This document shows, one piece after another, positions 40,434 to 50,112 of a DNA stretch of 64,000 nucleotides. Made by a program: the position numbers and the translations under genes. Numbering within the stretch: position 1 is the first letter of the stretch; each line of letters starts with the position of its first letter. The notes under the pieces are model-generated. The model made no database searches. It was given only the letters and a program-made list of their open reading frames with translations, and was not told the origin of the DNA. Source of the stretch: an uncultured Rubrivivax sp. (lineage in GTDB: Bacteria > Pseudomonadota > Gammaproteobacteria > Burkholderiales > Burkholderiaceae_C); assembly GCA_964470565.1 (NCBI GenBank), contig CAYYDJ010000019.1, forward strand, positions 15,472-79,471, in the 5' to 3' direction.

Positions 40434-42157
40434 CGCGGCTCCTTGCCGTCGGCCAGGCGCCAGACCAGCAGCCGGGCGTCCTCCACGTCGGGCGCACCCA
40501 GGTGCTGGCGCACCCAGCGCTCGCATTCGGGCACCAGCCGCCAATGGCCGTCGGCGTCCAGCACCTGGGTGTGGCGCGCGAAGGCGACGTAGTCCACCTG
40601 GCGCGCCAGCGCCGCCCGCGGCTGCGCCACGTGCACGCCGTTGCGGAAATGGAAGCGCGGGTCGGGCGGCACTTCGCCGTAGAGCCAGGGCACACAGCTG
40701 CCCGACAGGAAGGCCGGCACCACGCGCTGGTGGCTGGCACGTTCCCAGACCGGGCCCAGCCAGGCCGTGCTCTCGAAGCGGTACGGCGCCACGGCCACCG
40801 TCAGGCTGCCGGCAGGTCGCGCTGCCAGACCGGCCCAGAACGGCGACAGCGGCACGCTGTCGAATGCCGACACCACCGGGTTGTGGCGCGGCCTGAAGTC
40901 GAACTGCCAGTAGTAGCTCAACCGGTAGCTGTTGGGATGGCGCACGAGTTGCGGCAGCGGCGAGGCCCACCCGGTGGCCAGCGCCAGCAGCGCGCCCAGG
41001 GCCAGCGGCAGCGCCTGCCGCAGCGGGGATGTCGGTGGCCCGGCGCCCAGCGCCTGCGCGCCCCAGTCGGCCACCCGCACCACGCCGGCCGCCACCGCCA
41101 GCAGCAGCAGCGGCAGCGCCGGCAGCAGGTAGCGGCCGAAGGTCAGGGGGTTGAAGACCCAGGCCGGGCGCACCAGCAGCACGGTGGCCGCGGTCAAGCC
41201 CAGGCCCAGCAGCGTCCAGCGTGCCACCGGACCCGATCGCCAAACCGCGCCCGCACCCAGCGCCGCCAGCACCAGGCTGGTCAGCACGATGGCGGTCGAC
41301 GAGGTGCCCAGCCACACGTACCAGACGCCGCGCAACGTGCTCCAGTGCGGCAGATCCTTGCCCGACTTGCCGGCCATCGCCGCGATGTCGGCCACGAGCG
41401 GCGGTAGCACGGCCAGCGCCACCAGCGCGCCGGTCAGCGCCGCCAGCGCCAGCCAGTCGCGCCGAGGCAGGCCCTGGCCGCGCAGGCTGGCCAGGCCCAG
41501 CGCCAGCAGCGGCGCGACGACGAAGGGCGCCGTCACCGCGTGCAGCCAGACCGAAAGCCCCGCCAGCACCGCGTAGGCCGCCGCCGGCCGCCAGCGCAAG
41601 CGCGGTCCGGCGCTGGCCCGCGCCAGCAGCGCAAAGGCGCTGGCCCGCGCCAGCAGCGCAAAGGCGCTGAGCGTCAGCAGCAGCGTCAACGCGTAGGGCC
41701 GCGCCATGCGCGAATAACCCACCAGCAGCGTCGACACGGCCAGCAGCAGCGCGAAGACCAGCCGCGTGCGCCCGTCCAGCCGCGCTGCGCCCGACCCGGC
41801 CAGCGCCGAGGGCAGCACGGCCAGCGAGGCCAGCCCGGCCAGCAGCATCGGCAGCCGCATGCCGATCTCGGTGAGGCCGATGGTCTGCAACTGCAGCCAG
41901 TCCAGCGCCGTCAGCGGGATGCTGTAGTCCTCGTGGCCCAGCGACAGCATGAACTGCCCGGGCCGCGAGCGGATCAGCTGGTGCACCGCATGCCACTCGT
42001 CGTCGATCAGGGGCTGGTCGAGCAACTGGTCCAGCCGCAGCCAGGCGCCGACGGCCAGCACCAGCAGCGCGGCGGCCCAGGCCCAGCGTGTCGCCCGGCG
42101 GTGGGTGGCGGCGGTGTCTGCGGTGTTGGCCCAGGCGGGCCCGTTGACGGCGGTCAA
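40430..42157 (-). CDS. Polytopic membrane glycosyltransferase, ArnT/PMT (GT39/GT83)-like
   Basis: About 12 hydrophobic segments in the N-terminal two-thirds, then a soluble C-terminal domain. It sits upstream of the GT2 and GtrA genes. The start is uncertain: TTG 42157 was chosen because ATG 42334 would overlap the kinase gene by 127 nt. Confidence 0.55.
   Translation of the reverse strand: MTAVNGPAWANTADTAATHRRATRWAWAAALLVLAVGAWLRLDQLLDQPLIDDEWHAVHQLIRSRPGQFMLSLGHEDYSIPLTALDWLQLQTIGLTEIGMRLPMLLAGLASLAVLPSALAGSGAARLDGRTRLVFALLLAVSTLLVGYSRMARPYALTLLLTLSAFALLARASAFALLARASAGPRLRWRPAAAYAVLAGLSVWLHAVTAPFVVAPLLALGLASLRGQGLPRRDWLALAALTGALVALAVLPPLVADIAAMAGKSGKDLPHWSTLRGVWYVWLGTSSTAIVLTSLVLAALGAGAVWRSGPVARWTLLGLGLTAATVLLVRPAWVFNPLTFGRYLLPALPLLLLAVAAGVVRVADWGAQALGAGPPTSPLRQALPLALGALLALATGWASPLPQLVRHPNSYRLSYYWQFDFRPRHNPVVSAFDSVPLSPFWAGLAARPAGSLTVAVAPYRFESTAWLGPVWERASHQRVVPAFLSGSCVPWLYGEVPPDPRFHFRNGVHVAQPRAALARQVDYVAFARHTQVLDADGHWRLVPECERWVRQHLGAPDVEDARLLVWRLADGKEPR
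41610..41663. repeat. Perfect 27-bp tandem duplication (2 copies) inside the GT39-like gene
   Basis: GCGCTGGCCCGCGCCAGCAGCGCAAAG occurs at 41610-41636 and again at 41637-41663. It is in frame and encodes FALLARASA twice. Confidence 0.9.
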
Positions 42158-42207
42158 GGCGGCGAGCGGTCGCCGCGGCGGGCGGCCGGCATGGAAGGCG
42201 GCGCAGT

Positions 42208-43137
42208 CTAGCAGCGGGCCTGCCGCCACAGCCAGGCGGCGCCGCGCACGCCCGAGGCGTCGCCGTGCAGCGCCGGCAGCAGCCGGGTGCGCGGCGGCTC
42301 GCTGCTGCCGGCAGCCACCACCCATTGGCTCCACAGGCGCGGCACTTCGTCGTAGAGGTGCGCCAGGTGCGAGATGCCGCCGCCCAGCACGATCACGTCG
42401 GGATCCAGCACGTTGATGATGGCGGCGAGCGCGCGCGCCAGCCGGTGGGCGTGGCGTTGCAGGCTGGCCTGGGCCGTGGCGTCGCCGGCGGCGGCGGCCT
42501 TGGCCACTGCTTCGGCGGTCAGCACCTGGCCGGTGACGGCCTGGTGGTCACGCGCCAGCCCGGGCCCGCTGACCAGGGTCTCGATGCAGCCCTGCTGGCC
42601 GCAGTAGCACGCGGGCAGCGGGTCCAGTCCCGGCCGCGCCCAGGGCAGCGGGTTGTGGCCCCATTCGCCGGCCAGGCCGTTGGGGCCGCGCAGCACCTGG
42701 CCGCGCACCGCGATGCCGGCGCCCGTGCCGGTGCCGATGATGGCGGCGAACACCACCTCGGCGCCGGCCCCGGCACCATCGGTGGCCTCGCTCAAGGCCA
42801 GGCAGTTGGCGTCGTTGGCGATGCGCAGCGGCCGCTGCAGCGCCGCCTCCAGGTCGGCCTGCAGCGGCCGGCCGTTCAGGCAGGTGGAGTTGCAGTTCTT
42901 CATCAGCCCGGCCGCCGTCGCGCTGCCCGGCGTGCCGATGCCGACCGTGAAGCCACCGGGCGCAGCAGCGGCCTGCGCCGCGTCCACCAGCGCCGCGATG
43001 GCCTGGATCACCTGGCCGTAGTCGCCGGCCGGCGTCGGCACCCGTCGGCGCCAACGTTCGACGCCATCCGGCGCCAGCAGCCGCGCTTCGATCTTGGTGC
43101 CGCCCAGGTCGATGCCCAGGGCCAGCGGCGGGCTCAC
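42208..43137 (-). CDS. nagK: ROK family sugar kinase, N-acetylglucosamine kinase-like
   Basis: GTG start overlaps the upstream stop as GTGA. Recognisable motifs are [20 protein letters not shown] and the ROK zinc motif [15 protein letters not shown]. The sequence is collinear with E. coli NagK as I remember it. Confidence 0.75.
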   Translation of the reverse strand: MSPPLALGIDLGGTKIEARLLAPDGVERWRRRVPTPAGDYGQVIQAIAALVDAAQAAAAPGGFTVGIGTPGSATAAGLMKNCNSTCLNGRPLQADLEAALQRPLRIANDANCLALSEATDGAGAGAEVVFAAIIGTGTGAGIAVRGQVLRGPNGLAGEWGHNPLPWARPGLDPLPACYCGQQGCIETLVSGPGLARDHQAVTGQVLTAEAVAKAAAAGDATAQASLQRHAHRLARALAAIINVLDPDVIVLGGGISHLAHLYDEVPRLWSQWVVAAGSSEPPRTRLLPALHGDASGVRGAAWLWRQARC

Positions 43138-44954
43138 GTGGCCAAGGGCTCGGTGCGGGCCAGCAGCCAGTCGCGCGCGGCACCGCTCACTTTGGGCAGC
43201 AGCCGCTCGCGCACCGTGGCGTGATAGCCGTCGAGCCAGGCCACCTCGTCGGCGCGCAGCAGGCTGCGATCGATGCAGCGGGTGTCGATCGGGCACAGCG
43301 TCAGCGTCTCGAACTGCAGGAACTCGGCGAAGGTGTCGCCCTCGGGCGTCTCGGCCGGCACGTTGAGCACGAGGTTCTCGATGCGCACGCCCCACTGGCC
43401 GGGGCGGTAGACGCCGGGCTCGATGCTGGTGATCATGCCCGGCTCCATCGCCATCTCGGGCGTCGGCACCGCCTTGCTGATGCTCTGCGGGCCTTCGTGC
43501 ACGTTGAGGAAGTAGCCCACGCCGTGGCCGGTGCCGTGGCCGAACTCCAGGCCCTGCTCCCACATCGGCGCGCGCGCCAGGCTGTCCAGCATCGGCGACG
43601 GCGTGCCGCGCGGGAAACGCGCGCGCGACAGCGCCATCGTGCCCTTGAGCACCAGCGTGTAGTCGCGCTTCATCGCCGCGCTGGGGCTGCCGATCGGCCA
43701 CACGCGGGTGATGTCGGTGGTGCCGCCCAGGTACTGGCCACCGCTGTCGATCAGCAGCAGGCCATCGCCTTGCAGCGGCGAGAACGATTCCGGCGTGGCG
43801 CGGTAGTGCGGCAGCGCGCCGTTGGCGTTGAAGCCGGCGATGACGGGGAAGCTCAGGCCCACGAAGCCCGGGCGGCGCGCGCGCTCGGCGCTGAGAAGCT
43901 GGTCGATCTTCAGCTCGTCCCAGGGCTCGCCGCGCGCCATCGAGGCCTCGAACGCGGCGTAGAACGCGCACATCGCGGCGCCGTCCTCGGCCATGGCCTC
44001 GCGCACGTGGGCGGCCTCGGCCGCGGTCTTGCGGCTCTTGGCCAGCGTGCTGGGGTTGACGGCCTCGACCAGCGCCACGCCGTCGGCCACCGCCTGGCGC
44101 AGCCCGAAGGTCACGCGCCTGGGGTCGATCAGCAGCGTGCTGCCGGCGGTCAGCGCGGCCAGCGCCGCCGGTGCCTGCTCATAACGGGCCACCTGAATGC
44201 CATCGGCGGCCAGCGCGGCGCGCAGCGCGGCGTCGACCTTGCCGTCGCCGACGAACAGCGTGGCGCCGTCGGCGGCGATCAGCAGGTGGGCCAGGAACAC
44301 CGGGTTGTAGCTGACGTCGCTGCCGCGCAGATTGGTGATCCAGGCCACGTCGTCGACCGTCGAGACGAAGTGGTGCGTCGCGCCGCGGTGCGCCATCGCC
44401 TCGCGCACCGCGGCCAGCTTGTCGCGGCGCGCGGTGCTGGCCTGCGGCGGCCGGTGCTCGTAGACCGGCTCGGCCGGCAGCGCCGGGCGCTCGGGCCAGA
44501 CGCTGGCGTCCAGCACGTCGAGGTCGGTGCGCAGCGTGGTGCCCGCCTTGGCCAGCGCGGCCTGCAGCTGCTGCGCCGCGGCCAGGCCCAGCACCTGGCC
44601 GTCGACCAGCAGCGTCTGGCCGCTGCCCAGGTGGCTGGCCAGCCAGTCGACGTGGGCGCCGCTGCTGCCGGTGGCGATCTTCTCCAGCGCGATGCCGCTG
44701 CCGGCCAGCTCGCGCTCGGCCTGCACCCAGTAGCGGCTGTCGGCGAACAGCAGCGCCTCGTCGAGCGTGACCACCAGCGTGCCCATCGACCCGGTGAAGC
44801 CCGAGAACCACTGCCGCCCTTGCCAGCGGCCGGGCAGGTATTCCGACAAATGAGGATCGCTGGACGGCAGCAGCAGCGCCTGTGCGCCGGCGGCGCGCAG
44901 CGCCTCGCGCAGACGGTCCAGACGCAGGCGGATCGGGGAGGTGCGGGTGTCCAT
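43134..44954 (-). CDS. M24B Xaa-Pro aminopeptidase family protein (three-domain, ~600 aa)
   Basis: Creatinase-like N-terminal domains. The C-terminal pita-bread metal ligands are DSGGQY, DITR, GHGTGHGVG, EPG and IEN. Confidence 0.8.
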   Translation of the reverse strand: MDTRTSPIRLRLDRLREALRAAGAQALLLPSSDPHLSEYLPGRWQGRQWFSGFTGSMGTLVVTLDEALLFADSRYWVQAERELAGSGIALEKIATGSSGAHVDWLASHLGSGQTLLVDGQVLGLAAAQQLQAALAKAGTTLRTDLDVLDASVWPERPALPAEPVYEHRPPQASTARRDKLAAVREAMAHRGATHHFVSTVDDVAWITNLRGSDVSYNPVFLAHLLIAADGATLFVGDGKVDAALRAALAADGIQVARYEQAPAALAALTAGSTLLIDPRRVTFGLRQAVADGVALVEAVNPSTLAKSRKTAAEAAHVREAMAEDGAAMCAFYAAFEASMARGEPWDELKIDQLLSAERARRPGFVGLSFPVIAGFNANGALPHYRATPESFSPLQGDGLLLIDSGGQYLGGTTDITRVWPIGSPSAAMKRDYTLVLKGTMALSRARFPRGTPSPMLDSLARAPMWEQGLEFGHGTGHGVGYFLNVHEGPQSISKAVPTPEMAMEPGMITSIEPGVYRPGQWGVRIENLVLNVPAETPEGDTFAEFLQFETLTLCPIDTRCIDRSLLRADEVAWLDGYHATVRERLLPKVSGAARDWLLARTEPLAT

Positions 44955-44993
44955 GGCGGTGCGGCGGCGAAGCGGGCTGCAAAAGCGCGAATT

Positions 44994-46310
44994 CTAGGGA
45001 CCGCCCGGCGCCTGCGGCGGCTCGTCGGCCACCGCCACCACGCGGGCATAGCGGGCAAAAGTCCAATAGCTCCAGGCCCAGTCGGTCAGCACCATCAGCC
45101 GGTTGCGAAAGCCGATCAGGAAGTAGACGTGGGCGAACAGCCAGAACAGCCAGGCCGGGTAGCCCGACAGGTGCACCCGCCCGAGCAGCGGCACTTCGAG
45201 CTGCACCACCGCCGCCATGCGGCCCAGCGTGGCCAGCGAGCCGTAATCGACATAACGGAAATCCTGCGTCGGCCGGCCCTGCCAGCGCGCCAGGACGTTG
45301 GCCGCGGCGCAGCGCCCCATCTGCTTGGCCGCCGGGCTGACGCCGGGCACCGGCCGGCCGTCGGACTGCGCGGCCGCGAGGTCGCCGATCACGCTGATCT
45401 CGGGGTGGCCCGGCAGGCTGAGGTCCGGCAGCACCGGCACCCGGCCGGCGCGGTCGGTCTGCAGCGCGCAGGCCTGTGCCAGCATGCGGCCCAGCGGCAC
45501 CGCGGCCACGCCGGCGGCCCACAACACGGTGCGCGCCGCCAGCCGCTGCGGACCCGCGGGGGTTTGCAGGCTCACGCCCTGGTCGTCGATGGCCTCGACG
45601 CGGCAGCCCAGCATCAGCTCGACGCCCAGGCGCTGCAACTGGCGCTGCGCGCTGGCCGACGACTGCGCGTCGAAGGCGCCCAGCACGCGGTCGGTGCCTT
45701 CCACCAGGCACACGCGCGCGCGGCGCGAGTCGATGCGGCGGAACTCCTCGGGCAGCGTGTGGCGCGCGATCTCCACCAACGTGCCGGCCAGCTCCACGCC
45801 GGTGGGGCCACCGCCGACGACGACGAAGCTCATCCAGGTCGCGCGCTCGGCCTCGTCGGCAGCGCGCTCGGCGCGCTCGAAGGCGCCGATCAGGCGGGCG
45901 CGGATCTCGAAGGCATCGGCCAGCGTCTTCAGCCCCGGCGCACAAGCAGCCCAGTCGGCATGGCCGAACCAGGTGTTGGTGGCGCCAGCGGCGACGATCA
46001 GGTGGTCGTAGTCCAGGCGGCTGCCGTCGTCAAGCAGCACCTGGCGCGCCGCGGCGTCGACGCCGCGGGCCTCGGCCTGCAGCACGGTCAGCCGGCCGCG
46101 GCACATCTGGCGGCGCAGCAGGTGGCGGATGGGCGCGCTGATCGCCGGCGCCGACAGCCCGGCCGTGGCCACCTGGTACAGCAGCGGCTGGAACAGGTGG
46201 TGGTTGGTGCGGTCGATCAGCGTCACCTCGACCTCGGCGCGCGCCAGCGCGCGCACGGCCGCCAGGCCGCCGAAGCCGCAGCCGATCACGACGACGTGGG
46301 GTGCGGGCAT
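44994..46310 (-). CDS. ndh: Type II NADH dehydrogenase (NDH-2)
   Basis: MPAPHVVVIGCGFGGL (first Rossmann fold), FVVVGGGPTGVELAG (second Rossmann fold) and the C-terminal amphipathic region WLFWLFAHVYFLIGFRNR. Confidence 0.85.
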   Translation of the reverse strand: MPAPHVVVIGCGFGGLAAVRALARAEVEVTLIDRTNHHLFQPLLYQVATAGLSAPAISAPIRHLLRRQMCRGRLTVLQAEARGVDAAARQVLLDDGSRLDYDHLIVAAGATNTWFGHADWAACAPGLKTLADAFEIRARLIGAFERAERAADEAERATWMSFVVVGGGPTGVELAGTLVEIARHTLPEEFRRIDSRRARVCLVEGTDRVLGAFDAQSSASAQRQLQRLGVELMLGCRVEAIDDQGVSLQTPAGPQRLAARTVLWAAGVAAVPLGRMLAQACALQTDRAGRVPVLPDLSLPGHPEISVIGDLAAAQSDGRPVPGVSPAAKQMGRCAAANVLARWQGRPTQDFRYVDYGSLATLGRMAAVVQLEVPLLGRVHLSGYPAWLFWLFAHVYFLIGFRNRLMVLTDWAWSYWTFARYARVVAVADEPPQAPGGP

Positions 46311-46337
46311 GGTCCGCAGTGTCGCATCGGCGCCAGA

Positions 46338-47078
46338 ATGCGGCCGGGCCAGGGACACGGCCGATGGAGGCGCTTCTTGTCGAGAGCTGATGCTGCCAGC
46401 GCACACCGCGCCGCCGCGCCGAACGGCCGCCGCGCCGCCGCGCCGCCGCCGGCTGCAGGTCAGGCCGACCCCAACGTGGCGCGCCAGGCCATTTTGGCGG
46501 CGGCGCGCGGCGAGTTCGCCGCCCGCGGGCTGAAGGGCGCGCGGGTGCAGGCCATCGCCGAGCGCGCCGGCGTCAACAAGCAGCTGCTGTACTACTACTT
46601 CGGCAGCAAGGACGACCTCTACCGCGCGGCGCTGGAGTCGGTGTACGCCGACATCCGCACGCTGGAGCGCGGGCTCAACCTGGGCGGGCTGCCGCCCACC
46701 GAGGCGATGGCGGCGCTGGTCGGCTTCTCGTTCGACTACCTGTCGCGCCACCCCGAGTTCATCGGCCTGCTCAACCACGAGAACGCGCTCGGCGCGCCGC
46801 ACGCGCGCGATTCGCAGGCCGTGCGGCAGACCAACTCGCCGCTGGTCGAACTGATCGCCAGCACGCTGCGCCGCGGCGCCGCCGAAGGCGTGTTCCGCCG
46901 CGGCGTGGACCCGGTGGCGCTGTACATCTCGATCGCCGGCATGGGCTACTTCTTCTTCTCCAACCGGCTGACGCTGCAGGCCGTGTTCGCGCGCGATCTG
47001 GGCACGGCACAGGCGGTGGCGGCCTACCGCCGCCACGTGGTGAACCTGGCGATGGCGGGCCTGCGGCCGGTGACCTGA
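46338..47078 (+). CDS. TetR family transcriptional regulator
   Basis: ARQAILAAARGEFAARGLKGARVQAIAERAGVNKQLLYYYFGSKDDLY is a TetR HTH. Only the last ~245 codons of the 1285-aa track ORF are used. The start is uncertain (ATG 46338 or TTG 46377). Confidence 0.75.
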   Translation: MRPGQGHGRWRRFLSRADAASAHRAAAPNGRRAAAPPPAAGQADPNVARQAILAAARGEFAARGLKGARVQAIAERAGVNKQLLYYYFGSKDDLYRAALESVYADIRTLERGLNLGGLPPTEAMAALVGFSFDYLSRHPEFIGLLNHENALGAPHARDSQAVRQTNSPLVELIASTLRRGAAEGVFRRGVDPVALYISIAGMGYFFFSNRLTLQAVFARDLGTAQAVAAYRRHVVNLAMAGLRPVT

Positions 47079-47097
47079 TCGGCGCCGCCGCGCCGTT

Positions 47098-47138
47098 TCA
47101 ACCAAACGGTTGACGCGCGCCGGCGCGGCCCCTAGACT
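47098..47138 (+). promoter_or_regulatory. Sigma70-like promoter TTGACG-17-TAGACT overlapped by palindrome TCAACC-AAAC-GGTTGA
   Basis: The palindrome is at 47098-47113, the -35 element at 47110-47115 and the -10 element at 47133-47138. It lies 30 nt upstream of ATG 47168 and just downstream of the TetR gene. Confidence 0.55.
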
Positions 47139-47167
47139 GGGCTGACCGGATCCTTTTCGGGGGGCGC

Positions 47168-48190
47168 ATGCAGTTGCCGAATCGCTTTGCATCGGTCGAC
47201 GAGCTTGAAGACCAGCTCAGCACGCCGTCGCCGGCCGTGGTGGACGACCTCGCCGCCGTCGACGGTGACCTGCTGGTGCTGGGCGTGGCCGGCAAGATGG
47301 GCCCCACGCTGGCGCGCATGGCCCGCCGCGCGATGCCGAGCCGGCGCGTGCTGGGCGTGGCCCGCTTCAGCGACGCCGCGCTGCGCCGCCGGCTGGAGGC
47401 CTGGGGCGTGGAGACGCTGGCGGCCGACCTGCTGGACCGCCAGGCCGTGGAGGCGTTGCCGCGCTGGCCCAACGTGGTGTTCGCGGCCGGCCACAAGTTC
47501 GGCGCCAGCGGCAACGAGCCGCTGACCTGGGCGATGAACACCCACGTGCCGGCGCTGGTGGCCGAGACCTTTCGCGCCAGCCGCATCGTCGCCTTCTCCA
47601 CCGGCAACGTCTATCCGCTCAGCCCCATCGGCCAGGCCGCGGCCGACGAGTCCACGCCGCCGGGGCCGATCGGCGAATACGCGCAGTCCTGTCTGGGGCG
47701 CGAGCGGCTGTTCCAGCACTTCTCGGCGCGCTACGGCACGCCGGGCCGCATCCTGCGCCTGAACTACGCGATCGACATGCGCTACGGCGTGCTGGCCGAC
47801 GTGGCCGCCAAGGTCTGGCGCGGCCAGCCGGTGGACGTGGGCATGGGCTACGTCAACGTGATCTGGCAGGGCGACGCCAATGCGCAGGCGCTGCGCCTGC
47901 TGCGCCACTGCACGACGCCCACGACGCCGATCAACTGCACCGGACCCGAGACGGTGCCGGTGCGCTGGCTGGCGCAGGCCTTCGGCGCGCTGCTCGACCG
48001 GCCGGCGCAGGTGGTCGGCCAGGAGGCGCCGACCGCGCTGTTGTCCGACGCCGGCCAGGCGCAGGCGCTGTTCGGCTACCCCACGGTGCCGCTGCGGCAG
48101 ATGCTGCAATGGGTGGCCGACTGGGTGCGGCACGAAGGCGAGAGCTACAACAAGCCGACCAAGTTCGAAGTGCGCGATGGCCGCTTCTGA
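47168..48190 (+). CDS. NAD(P)-dependent epimerase/dehydratase family (extended SDR) protein
   Basis: LLVLGVAGKMGPTLA is a GxxGxxG Rossmann motif. YAQSC lies in the catalytic-region position. The protein is 340 aa. Confidence 0.7.
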   Translation: MQLPNRFASVDELEDQLSTPSPAVVDDLAAVDGDLLVLGVAGKMGPTLARMARRAMPSRRVLGVARFSDAALRRRLEAWGVETLAADLLDRQAVEALPRWPNVVFAAGHKFGASGNEPLTWAMNTHVPALVAETFRASRIVAFSTGNVYPLSPIGQAAADESTPPGPIGEYAQSCLGRERLFQHFSARYGTPGRILRLNYAIDMRYGVLADVAAKVWRGQPVDVGMGYVNVIWQGDANAQALRLLRHCTTPTTPINCTGPETVPVRWLAQAFGALLDRPAQVVGQEAPTALLSDAGQAQALFGYPTVPLRQMLQWVADWVRHEGESYNKPTKFEVRDGRF

Positions 48191-49019
48191 GCCCTTGCCG
48201 CTGCGGCCGCTGCACGGCGCCGATGCGGCCGGCGGCCTGGCGCTGTCGGCGGCCGCGGGCTGGAACCAGACGCTGGACGACTGGCGGCTCTTTCTGGCCC
48301 ACGGCCACACCGTGGGCTGCCGCAGCGACGACGATGACGGCCGCCTGGTGGCCAGCGCCGCCGCGCTGCCCTACGAAGGCGGCCTGGGCTGGATCTCGAT
48401 GGTGCTGGTCGACCCGGCGTTCCGCCACCGCGGCCTGGCCACCGCCTTGATGCAGCGCTGCGTGCAGGCCCTGCGCGCCAGCGGCCACGTGCCGGTGCTG
48501 GACGCCACGCCGGCCGGGACGGAGGTCTATCGCCGTCTCGGCTTCGTGCCCGGCTTCGCGCTCGACCGCTGGGAAGGCGAGGCCGGTGGCAGCGCGCCCG
48601 CCGCCGCCGCCGCGGCGCCGGCGGTCGATGCGCCGACCGTGGTCGAGCTCGACCGCCAGGCCACCGGACTGGGCCGCGCGCCGGTGCTGCAGGACTTTCT
48701 GCGCCGTACCGCCAGCACCGCCCAGCTGACACCGATGCGAGACGGCTTCGTGATCGTCCGCCGCGGCCACCGCGCGTGGCAGCTCGGGCCGCTGGTCGCC
48801 GCCGACGAAGCCTCGGCGCTGGGCCTGCTGCAGCGCGCGCTGGCGGCGCTGGCCGGCCGCGTGTTCCTCGACGTGCCGCGGCGCTGGGCGCGGCTGACCG
48901 CCTGGTTGAATGCACACGGCTTCGTGCCGCAGCGCGGCTTCGTGCGCATGGCCCTCGGTGGCGCCGCGCCTGAAGTGCCCGACCGCGTGTTCGTGCTGGC
49001 CGGCCCCGAATTCGGATGA
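48177..49019 (+). CDS. GNAT family N-acetyltransferase (two-domain)
   Basis: The acetyl-CoA motif is VLVDPAFRHRGLATALMQRC. It overlaps the upstream gene by 14 nt. Confidence 0.7.
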   Translation: MAASEPLPLRPLHGADAAGGLALSAAAGWNQTLDDWRLFLAHGHTVGCRSDDDDGRLVASAAALPYEGGLGWISMVLVDPAFRHRGLATALMQRCVQALRASGHVPVLDATPAGTEVYRRLGFVPGFALDRWEGEAGGSAPAAAAAAPAVDAPTVVELDRQATGLGRAPVLQDFLRRTASTAQLTPMRDGFVIVRRGHRAWQLGPLVAADEASALGLLQRALAALAGRVFLDVPRRWARLTAWLNAHGFVPQRGFVRMALGGAAPEVPDRVFVLAGPEFG

Positions 49020-49026
49020 CGACGCC

Positions 49027-50112
49027 ATGAAGCTGCAAACGCTGACGAAGGAACAACTGCGCACGCTGCTGCGCCAGGGCCTGGTGATCCCGGCGCACCC
49101 GCTGGCGCTGGATGCCAAGCGCCGCTTCGACCCCCGGCGCCAGCGCGCGCTGACGCGCTACTACCTCGACGCCGGCGCCGGCGGCCTGGCGGTGGGCGTG
49201 CACACCACGCAGTTCGCCATCCGCGAGGCCGGGCTCTACGACGAGGTGCTGCGCTCGGCCATCGAAGCCGCGCGCGACTGGCCGCCGCTGCCGGGCCGCG
49301 ACCCCGAGCAGCCGCTGCTGATGATCGCCGGCGTCTGCGGCCGCACGACGCAGGCGCTGGATGAGGCGCGGCGCGCGCGCGACCTCGGCTACCACGCCGC
49401 GCTGCTGAGCCTGGCGGCGCTGAAGGGCGCCGACGACGACGCGGTCATCGAGCATTGCCGCGCAGTCGCCGAGGTGCTGCCGCTGGTGGGCTTTTACCTG
49501 CAGCCGGCGGTCGGCGGGCTGCCGCTGTCCGAGGACTTCTGGCGCCGCTTCAGCGCCATCGAATCGGTGGTGGCGATCAAGGTCGCGCCCTTCAACCGCT
49601 ACCGCACGCTGGACGTGGTGCGCGGCCTGATCGCCGCCGGCGCCGAGGACCGCATCGCGCTGTACACCGGCAACGACGACCACATCGTGCTGGACCTGGT
49701 GACGCCATTCACCGCGCAGCGCGACGGCCGGTCGGTCACCGTGCGCTTCAGCGGCGGGCTGCTGGGCCACTGGTCGGTGTGGACGCAGCAGGCCGTGGCG
49801 CTGCTGCAGCGCTGCCGTGCGCTGGCGCGCAGCGGCGCTGCGGTGCCGGCCGAGTTGCTGGCGCTGGACAGCCGCGTGACGCACTGCAACGCCGCGTTCT
49901 TCGACGTGGCCAACGACTTCCGCGGCTGCATCGCCGGCTGCCACGAGGTGCTGCGCCGCCAGGGCCTGCTGCAAGGCATCTGGTGCCTGGACCCCGACGA
50001 AGGCCTGAGCCCGGGGCAGTCGGCGCTGATCGACCGCGTCTGCCGCGAGCACGCCGACCTGTCCGACGATGCCTTCGTCGCCGCCAACCTCCAGCGCTGG
50101 CTGACGCCATGA
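49027..50112 (+). CDS. Dihydrodipicolinate synthase-like / class I aldolase family protein
   Basis: TIM-barrel-like pattern (IPAHPLALD, YYLDAGAGGLAVGVHTTQF, VAIKVAP). The family assignment is from memory only. Confidence 0.5.
   Translation: MKLQTLTKEQLRTLLRQGLVIPAHPLALDAKRRFDPRRQRALTRYYLDAGAGGLAVGVHTTQFAIREAGLYDEVLRSAIEAARDWPPLPGRDPEQPLLMIAGVCGRTTQALDEARRARDLGYHAALLSLAALKGADDDAVIEHCRAVAEVLPLVGFYLQPAVGGLPLSEDFWRRFSAIESVVAIKVAPFNRYRTLDVVRGLIAAGAEDRIALYTGNDDHIVLDLVTPFTAQRDGRSVTVRFSGGLLGHWSVWTQQAVALLQRCRALARSGAAVPAELLALDSRVTHCNAAFFDVANDFRGCIAGCHEVLRRQGLLQGIWCLDPDEGLSPGQSALIDRVCREHADLSDDAFVAANLQRWLTP

Noticed and set aside
42158-42334. ATG 42334 as the start of the GT39-like gene.
   Set aside because: It would overlap the 3' end of the ROK kinase gene by 127 nt and add a non-hydrophobic Arg/Ala-rich leader. 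TTG 42157 is preferred, but with low confidence.
43221-46337. The first ~1040 codons of the 1285-aa plus-strand ORF.
   Set aside because: This part is antisense to the aminopeptidase and ndh genes. Only the C-terminal ~245 codons show a TetR HTH and ligand domain.
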